Source: Firmicutes bacterium UBA4881 (lineage in GTDB: Bacteria > Bacillota > DTU065). From it: a stretch of DNA of 64,000 bases. A program made the translations under genes and the position numbers. This document shows, in pieces, positions 58,114 through 64,000 of the stretch (position 1 is its first letter; every line of letters starts with the position of its first letter). The notes under the pieces are model-generated. The model did not search any database, was not told the origin of the DNA, and saw only the letters and a program-made list of their open reading frames with translations. The stretch spans positions 18,592 through 82,591 of the forward strand of contig DHDH01000040.1 of assembly GCA_002399235.1 (NCBI GenBank). The letters run 5' to 3'.

Positions 58114-58791
58114 TTATCTTAAGAAGCTCTGTAATTTAATACTATTTACGTTCAAATATTCACGGCAATCTTTATATCTAGGGCAATATTTAACAACTAA
58201 AGACCAGAATTGTTTCGAGTGATTCATTTCGCTTAGATGACATAATTCATGAATAATGACATAGTCTAGTACTTCAATTGGAGCTAGTATTAACCGCCAG
58301 CAAAAGTTGAGATTCTTTTTATTTGAACAACTTCCCCAGCGTTTTTTCTGATCTTTTACTTGAATGTTGTTGTATAGAAACCCATGGGTAGAAGCAATTT
58401 TAGCGACTCTAGTAGGAATAATTTTTTTTGCTTGCTGATAATACCAATTATATAGAGATTCTTGGTTTAAGTAGTGCTGAGGTATCAATAAGTCAGTTCC
58501 TATTAAGGTAAAAGCTAGAGATTGGTTGTTTTCTTTGAGCGTAATTGTTTCACCAAGAAAGGGAAGAGAAATCCCGTATTTGATAACATCTGGTAAGTAA
58601 TTAGATTCCGCTTTTTTAGCTAGAATTAGTTGTTGATCAATCCAAGCTGATTTAGTTGTTAACAATTCTTTGATTCGTTGATTAGAACAGTCTTTAGGGG
58701 CTTGAACAATCACTTTGCTAGCCGTTACTCTAATCGAGATAGTTTTTTTTCTTTTGGCAGAGCGGACAATTTCTAACTGGTAGGCTGCCAT
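58114..58791 (-). CDS. YgjP-like / DUF45 M48-type zinc metallo-hydrolase
   Basis: HELCHLSEMNH zinc motif near the C-terminus. I prefer ATG 58791 (9 nt after GGAG) over ATG 58800. Confidence 0.8.
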   Translation of the reverse strand: MAAYQLEIVRSAKRKKTISIRVTASKVIVQAPKDCSNQRIKELLTTKSAWIDQQLILAKKAESNYLPDVIKYGISLPFLGETITLKENNQSLAFTLIGTDLLIPQHYLNQESLYNWYYQQAKKIIPTRVAKIASTHGFLYNNIQVKDQKKRWGSCSNKKNLNFCWRLILAPIEVLDYVIIHELCHLSEMNHSKQFWSLVVKYCPRYKDCREYLNVNSIKLQSFLR

Positions 58792-58805
58792 TTTGAGCAT
58801 CTCCT

Positions 58806-60470
58806 TTGAGCATATTAAGCAGTAAGGTGTTAAGACGAAGTGAGAGGTTACTAAAACAAGCTCTGCTTATATTGATTTTAATAATACTAGGAAGGAGTAG
58901 TCAAGTTATGGAGCGGATTCTTTCATTAGGAGCACCATATGTAGTAACCCAAATGGCACCTGACTCTGATTTCACTCTAAAAGAACAAGCTTACAAGGAT
59001 CAAGGTAAATCATTAACAAATGGTGAAGAAGCTGATCCTTATGATTTAAAGAGTGGTTGGGTAGGCTACATGCGAGCTGAAGGTCGTCATATTACAGTGG
59101 ATTTAGGTTCTATAAAGAATATAACCGAGGTATCTGGGAGATTTTTACACAATCCTACAATGGGTGTTTTAATGCCAAGAGAGGTTCAGGTAAGCGCGTC
59201 TTTGGATAATATTAATTTTTATTTTATAGGTAGCGCTAATAATAAAAAACCACTTTTTACCCCTGGACCGTTGGCTGAGAAGTATATAATTAAAACAGAG
59301 CCAGTTCTTGCGAGATATGTGAGAGTTAGCTTTTTAACTGATGTTTGGACTTTCCTAGACCAAATTGAAGTGAGAGGTAATCTAGAGGGTGAGGGTAAAG
59401 CACTAAGCATTGTTAAGCCCATAATAAAAACCTTACCAAAGGAAGAAAGCCCTAAACCTTATCTAGCAGCTGCTACTGGTATGAAGCACCTAGTTCTTAT
59501 TTACTCTGGGGAAAAATTTAATTGGCAAAAGTCAGATTTTTTGCCTTATGTAGGTTATCTTAATCCGGAGACTTTGATCTCAGAAGATTATTTATTTGAT
59601 GGTTTTTTATTCCTTCCCTACGGCAAGACTATAGATGGTTATTCCTTTAATCATGCTGGCGAAAAACCTAGTACTTGGAAGCATTGGCAAAATTATCTTG
59701 ATAGCCTATTTAAGGAAGGTCAGAATTTAAGCGCCTTAGATTTAGCAGTAGGAACATTAAAAGAAAACCTCGACCTTCCTAATTACCGTGTTAAAGTGGA
59801 GATTGCTATCCCTTATCCCTCGCCCAAACAAAGTGGTTTTGGCGAACTCGCTGGTGAAGCAATATCTTTTAATCTAGAAGATCAAGATACCGCATTAAAT
59901 AATCGAGTTCAAGCTATTAAATTGTATATAGATAACACCTTAGAACGGTATAAATTGGCTAGTTATAAGAATCTAGAAATTGTAGCCTTTTATTGGTTAG
60001 AAGAAAACGTCTCTTATAGTTCTACACCTAAGGAAGCAGAACTTATTAGAAGGACAGCCGAGATAGTTCACCAAAACGGTTTTGCCTTTCATTGGATCCC
60101 ATTTGTACAAGCCGAAGGCTTTCGCGAGTGGCGGGAATTTGGTTTTGATTTAGCGATGATGCAGCCAAATTATTTCTTCCATCCTAATGCAAAGGAAGAA
60201 CGGTTAGAGAATAATGCCCAGTTAGCTCAAAAGTACGGTTTATCAGTAGAGATCGAGGTAAGTAACCAGGTCTTTCAAAGTGAAGATTATCGCCAACGTT
60301 TTAAAAAGTATCTACAAAATGCTGCCAAATATAACTTTACTAATAGTCTCTTGGGTTATTATCAAGATACGAACCTTTTTGGTTTGGCTGCATTAAGTAA
60401 CGATCCCCAAAAAAGGGAGATCTATGATTGGGTTTATCGGTTTGTGCGTCAGGGGAAAGCCCCAAGATAA
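58806..60470 (+). CDS. Discoidin-like domain + DUF4855-like protein, possibly N-terminally anchored
   Basis: LTNGEEADPYDL..GWVGYM...ITVDLG...ITEVSGRFL...VQVSASLD resembles the 32350 lipoprotein domain. Large C-terminal domain of glycoside-hydrolase-like size. The long form (TTG 58806) gives an anchor LLKQALLILILIILG. The alternative is ATG 58908, 10 nt after GAAGGAG. Confidence 0.55.
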   Translation: MSILSSKVLRRSERLLKQALLILILIILGRSSQVMERILSLGAPYVVTQMAPDSDFTLKEQAYKDQGKSLTNGEEADPYDLKSGWVGYMRAEGRHITVDLGSIKNITEVSGRFLHNPTMGVLMPREVQVSASLDNINFYFIGSANNKKPLFTPGPLAEKYIIKTEPVLARYVRVSFLTDVWTFLDQIEVRGNLEGEGKALSIVKPIIKTLPKEESPKPYLAAATGMKHLVLIYSGEKFNWQKSDFLPYVGYLNPETLISEDYLFDGFLFLPYGKTIDGYSFNHAGEKPSTWKHWQNYLDSLFKEGQNLSALDLAVGTLKENLDLPNYRVKVEIAIPYPSPKQSGFGELAGEAISFNLEDQDTALNNRVQAIKLYIDNTLERYKLASYKNLEIVAFYWLEENVSYSSTPKEAELIRRTAEIVHQNGFAFHWIPFVQAEGFREWREFGFDLAMMQPNYFFHPNAKEERLENNAQLAQKYGLSVEIEVSNQVFQSEDYRQRFKKYLQNAAKYNFTNSLLGYYQDTNLFGLAALSNDPQKREIYDWVYRFVRQGKAPR

Positions 60471-60495
60471 GTCAAAAGATGATAAAAGGCAATTT

Positions 60496-60530
60496 AAAGA
60501 GTACTTCTCTAAAGAGGTACTCTTTTTTTA
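60496..60530 (+). terminator. Intrinsic terminator
   Basis: AAAGAGTAC-ttctctaaagag-GTACTCTTT followed by TTTTT. Confidence 0.8.
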
Positions 60531-60658
60531 GAGATGTACTAGTAATTTGTCTTTTATAGTTACTAAAAGGCTAAGTACTTTGTTTTTACCATGTATAAAA
60601 AGGGCTTAATTGAAGGATATTTTACATAAGAGATTCTTGTGAAAGGCAGGTAAGAAAT

Positions 60659-62188
60659 ATGTGGCGTGCCAAAAAAAAGAAAGAAGAAGAAAATAAGAAA
60701 GAAGATTCTCTGCTATCTACAGTAAGCAAGAATCTCGAAGTGCTGAAAGAGAAATTACATAATAGCAGCGATTGTGTTTTTAGAGAGTTTGTTATCGGTG
60801 ATAAAGTTAACGCCGCTATGGTCTATATCGATGGATTAACAGATAAAAAAGTAATTCATGATGATGTAATTCGCCCTTTAATGTTTTCTTATGCTGCAGG
60901 TGAGTTGCCTCGAAAAAGTCTTTTACAACATATTGAAGATGGCTTATTAATTGCTTCTGATATTAAAGAAGTTAATACATTTAATGATATACTAGGTTCT
61001 ATTTTATTAGGAGATGCAGCAGTTATAGTTGATGGAGAGAAAGTAGCAATTATTGTCTCTTCGAAAGGGTTTCCTATTCGTAGTGTTACAGAACCCCAAA
61101 CAGAGTCTGTTATCAGGGGACCAAGAGAAGGTTTTACAGAAGCTATAAGAATTAATACAGCTCTTTTACGTCGAAAAATTCACGATCCAGACCTCGTTTT
61201 TGAGAACCTTGAGGTTGGTGTAAGGACCAAAACTAGTGTAGTCATTGCATATGTTAAAGATTTAGCTAAAGAAGAAACCGTCAACGAAGTAAGACGGAGA
61301 ATTAAAAGTATCGATATCGATGGCATCTTAGATTCGGGTTATATCGAACAGCTTATTGAAGATAATCCTTTTTCTCCTTTTGCCACAACTGGTTATAGCG
61401 AAAAACCTGATGTGATAGCAGGGAGGATATTAGAAGGGCGTTTAGCAGTATTTGTAGATGGAAGCCCTATTGTCCTGACGATTCCTATGCTGTTTATAGA
61501 AAACTTTCAAACTGCCGAAGACTATTATTCGCGTCCGTTTTTCATATCTTTTGTTCGTTTACTACGCTATCTTGGCTTTTTTATAAGTATTATTGCTCCT
61601 GCATTTTATGTAGCTTTAACTAGCTTCCATCAAGAACTATTACCAACACCACTTTTAATAAGTATTGCGGCTGCATCGGAAGGGACTCCATTTCCCGCGG
61701 TTGTAGAAGTTGGTGTTATGGAAGTTCTTTTTGAAATTTTGCGAGAAGCAGGTCTAAGAATGCCTAGGGCAATTGGCCAAGCTGTAAGTATTGTCGGTGC
61801 CTTAGTCATTGGCCAAGCTACAGTTTCGGCAGGATTAGTAGGAGAACCATTAATAATTGTTATTGCAATAACAGCGATTACCGCTTTCTTAGTGCCAACT
61901 CTGTACGAAGCTGGTACCTTATTACGCATAGGTTTTTATCTTCTTGCAGCTACTTTTGGTTTAATTGGTATTGGTGTTGGTTTCCTCGTTGTATTAGTTC
62001 ATTTATCATCATTGCATTCCTATGGGGTACCTTTCATGTCACCTATAATGCCCCTAGAAGCTGATAGTTTTCAGGATGTTTTGATCCGTTCACCGCTATG
62101 GACAATGAAAAGAAGACCACGAGTTTTTGGAGACGGCATTAGACAGGGAGAAAATCAGAAACCAGTGAAAGAGAGAGACATGCAATGA
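60659..62188 (+). CDS. gerAA: Spore germination protein, GerA family A subunit
   Basis: 509 aa. DCVFREF..., PQTESVIRGPREGFTE, C-terminal multi-TM region. Typical GerAA/KA architecture. Confidence 0.88.
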   Translation: MWRAKKKKEEENKKEDSLLSTVSKNLEVLKEKLHNSSDCVFREFVIGDKVNAAMVYIDGLTDKKVIHDDVIRPLMFSYAAGELPRKSLLQHIEDGLLIASDIKEVNTFNDILGSILLGDAAVIVDGEKVAIIVSSKGFPIRSVTEPQTESVIRGPREGFTEAIRINTALLRRKIHDPDLVFENLEVGVRTKTSVVIAYVKDLAKEETVNEVRRRIKSIDIDGILDSGYIEQLIEDNPFSPFATTGYSEKPDVIAGRILEGRLAVFVDGSPIVLTIPMLFIENFQTAEDYYSRPFFISFVRLLRYLGFFISIIAPAFYVALTSFHQELLPTPLLISIAAASEGTPFPAVVEVGVMEVLFEILREAGLRMPRAIGQAVSIVGALVIGQATVSAGLVGEPLIIVIAITAITAFLVPTLYEAGTLLRIGFYLLAATFGLIGIGVGFLVVLVHLSSLHSYGVPFMSPIMPLEADSFQDVLIRSPLWTMKRRPRVFGDGIRQGENQKPVKERDMQ

Positions 62189-63315
62189 AACAGCGCCTTT
62201 TGCTCGGCTTATTGTTAATTATCTTCTTTACAGGTTGCTATGACAGGCGAGAGCTTGATGATCTGGCTATTGTGGTAGGTTTAGGCGTAGATCTAGCTGA
62301 TGATGGTGATATCTTAGCAACAGTCGAAATTGTTAATCCCCAAGTATTAGGCAACAAAAGTGCAGGTGGAGGTGGCGAACCTGTTTGGGTCATTGAAAGC
62401 AAAGGCCAGACTCTCTTTGAAGCAATCCGGCGTATGATTCATCAATCACCAAATAAGCTGTTTTTTTCCCACAATCAAATAATTGTTATAGGAGAAGAGC
62501 TCGCTAATAAAGATATTTTTTTAGTAACAGATTTTTTACTGAGAGTTGAAGAACCTAGAGAAGATGCGTACTTAATTGTAGCAGAAGGTAAAGCTGGGGA
62601 TATTATCAGAGCGAAGATAGGGATTGGTAGTGTACCTGCTTTAGCTATTGAAAAGATGATTTCCTCAAATTGGGCCACCTCGCAAGCTCCAATGAGCCAG
62701 TTGATAGCTTTTGCTAAGCAGACTGTAGCAAAAGCACCAGGAGTAGTTTTAGGGCGAATTGCTTTAAGAAGCGAAAAAGAAGCTGAAATTAGTTTCAATG
62801 GAGCAGCAGTTTTAAAAAGAAATAAGCTAGTTGATTGGCTCACAGAAACAGAAGCTAGAGGTTACTTGTGGATTAAAGACCAGGTTAAGGGCGGTACCGT
62901 TGTTGTTAAAGATACTAAATATGGTGGTAATATTAGTTACGAGATCGCTAGAGAAAAAACAGTATGTCGCCCTAAAATACTGCAAAATGGTCAGATGAGT
63001 ATAGAAATAGATATAGCTGTTACTAGTCGATTTGCGGGCTTAACCGATTCTAGGGAAATTGAAAATCCTACTGCTTGGTCGGAATATGTATTAGATTTGG
63101 AAGAAGGAGTTAAAAGAGAAGTTAGAAGTGTTATCGATAAAGCACAGACATTACAATTAGACTTTTTGGATTTTGGCGCTCTGATTAAACAGTATTACCC
63201 TCAAATTTGGCAAAAGAAAGAATCTAATTGGGACAAAGAATTTCCCATGTTACCTGTAGCAATAAAGGTAAAGGCACAAATTAATAGTGTGGGTATGGTC
63301 AAAAGAAGCCGTTAA
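62185..63315 (+). CDS. gerAC: Spore germination Ger(x)C family lipoprotein
   Basis: Lipobox FFTGCYD. RRELDDLAIVVGLGVD is typical of Ger(x)C. ATGA overlap with the A subunit. Confidence 0.88.
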   Translation: MKQRLLLGLLLIIFFTGCYDRRELDDLAIVVGLGVDLADDGDILATVEIVNPQVLGNKSAGGGGEPVWVIESKGQTLFEAIRRMIHQSPNKLFFSHNQIIVIGEELANKDIFLVTDFLLRVEEPREDAYLIVAEGKAGDIIRAKIGIGSVPALAIEKMISSNWATSQAPMSQLIAFAKQTVAKAPGVVLGRIALRSEKEAEISFNGAAVLKRNKLVDWLTETEARGYLWIKDQVKGGTVVVKDTKYGGNISYEIAREKTVCRPKILQNGQMSIEIDIAVTSRFAGLTDSREIENPTAWSEYVLDLEEGVKREVRSVIDKAQTLQLDFLDFGALIKQYYPQIWQKKESNWDKEFPMLPVAIKVKAQINSVGMVKRSR

Positions 63316-63327
63316 TGGGAGGTTAAG

Positions 63328-64000
63328 ATGGTGCTAGAGAGGATAAATCTGGCTAAGAAACAAATTATCTATGTGGCAGCGCTTTTTATGCTTGGCCCCA
63401 CGTTCTTAATACCGCCAGCACAAGAAATAGGTTCTTATGGCTGGATAGCACTTACCATAAGTTATATGGGCTTTTTATTGTTATTTAGTCTATATCGGGC
63501 ACTACTTAATTTAGCCCCTGACAAGAGCCTCTTTGAAATATTGCAATTAGCTTTTGGGCGTTGGTTAGGTCTAGCTTTTTCGTTATTTTATCTTTTTTAT
63601 TTTGTATTTCTGCTAACATTAATTGTAGCTAATTTTGCTGACTTTATTGATAGCGTCGTTTTAATACATACACCAGAGTTAGTTATTACTATATTTCTGG
63701 TAGCTACAGCGGCTTACGCTGTGAGAAAAGGTTTTGAATCAATAGCTAGAATCAGCGACATAATTTTATATACTTCAGTAAGCATTGCCTTTTTGGTCTT
63801 TTTATTTCTAATCGATAAGATAAGTTTAGATGTATTTAGACCAGTATGGCCATCTTCTTGGAGCCCGATCTTTAAGTCAAGTCTAAGTGTTTTCGCTTTT
63901 CCTTTTGGTGAAACTGTGGTATTTCTTTCGATATTTAACCAATTAGGAAAACCACAAAAGACTATGCCTAGTTTATTGTGGGGGAGTTTGATCGCATTTA
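63328..64000 (+). CDS. gerAB: Spore germination protein B subunit (GerAB/APC-type permease), 3' end outside window
   Basis: Not in the supplied ORF track. ATG 63328 lies 5 nt after GGGAGGT and is open to the window edge. MVLERINLAKKQIIYVAALFMLGPTFLIPP... is hydrophobic multi-TM, like GerAB. Confidence 0.8.
   Translation, partial: MVLERINLAKKQIIYVAALFMLGPTFLIPPAQEIGSYGWIALTISYMGFLLLFSLYRALLNLAPDKSLFEILQLAFGRWLGLAFSLFYLFYFVFLLTLIVANFADFIDSVVLIHTPELVITIFLVATAAYAVRKGFESIARISDIILYTSVSIAFLVFLFLIDKISLDVFRPVWPSSWSPIFKSSLSVFAFPFGETVVFLSIFNQLGKPQKTMPSLLWGSLIAF

Noticed and set aside
58792-58907. Only 5-14 bp between the divergent starts of the YgjP-like gene and the long form of the discoidin/DUF4855-like ORF
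   Set aside because: This is not interpretable as a feature by itself. It more likely reflects start-codon uncertainty, since ATG 58908 with a GAAGGAG SD is an alternative. It is noted in the feature evidence instead.
1-64000. CRISPR arrays, restriction-modification, toxin-antitoxin or other recognisable defence systems, and prophage genes
   Set aside because: I found no regularly spaced direct repeats and no ORF with nuclease, methylase, helicase, integrase or phage-structural signatures. The only mobile DNA seen is the IS30-like pair.

Overview
AT-rich chromosomal segment from an endospore-forming, Bacillota-like bacterium. All calls come from reading the ORF translations and the DNA by eye; no searches were run. 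RNA, hairpin and promoter coordinates are approximate to a few nt.

The backbone is housekeeping, with Bacillus-like synteny:
- relA(3' end)-dtd, hisS-aspS-[6S RNA]-tcdA/yrvM, cdaA-cdaR-glmM, acpS-nnr-alr.
- A T-box-controlled aroF-pheA operon.
- Nitrogen-related genes: glnA, nadE, a gltA-like glutamate synthase and an aspartate aminotransferase.
- Three tandem M42 aminopeptidases translationally coupled to mtnP-mtnA.
- tRNA-Gln(CUG) and tRNA-Glu(CUC), ppa, and a gerA-type germinant receptor operon (A-C-B order) that runs off the 3' edge.

Several secreted proteins end in a C-terminal aromatic residue after alternating beta-strand-like sequence. This suggests the organism has an outer membrane, as a sporulating diderm of the Halanaerobiales/Negativicutes type would (inference).

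Accessory or unusual content:
1. An eight-gene envelope operon (50923-58013) bracketed by strong terminators. It is built from signal-peptide proteins with CsgG/LpoB-like, LPP20/FlgP-like, FlgT-like and TPR modules. Two are fused to putative C-terminal beta-barrels, and LemA and a TPM protein follow. No flagellar or curli genes are nearby. This is my best candidate for an undescribed system.
2. A two-gene cassette (porin-like beta-barrel plus discoidin-domain lipoprotein) flanked by two same-orientation IS30-like copies, one decayed and one inactivated by a frameshift and a nonsense codon.
3. A DapA-like / DHOD-like / N-acyl-amino-acid racemase (enolase superfamily) / M20 amidohydrolase operon.

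Several orphan hairpins and leader structures are also flagged.
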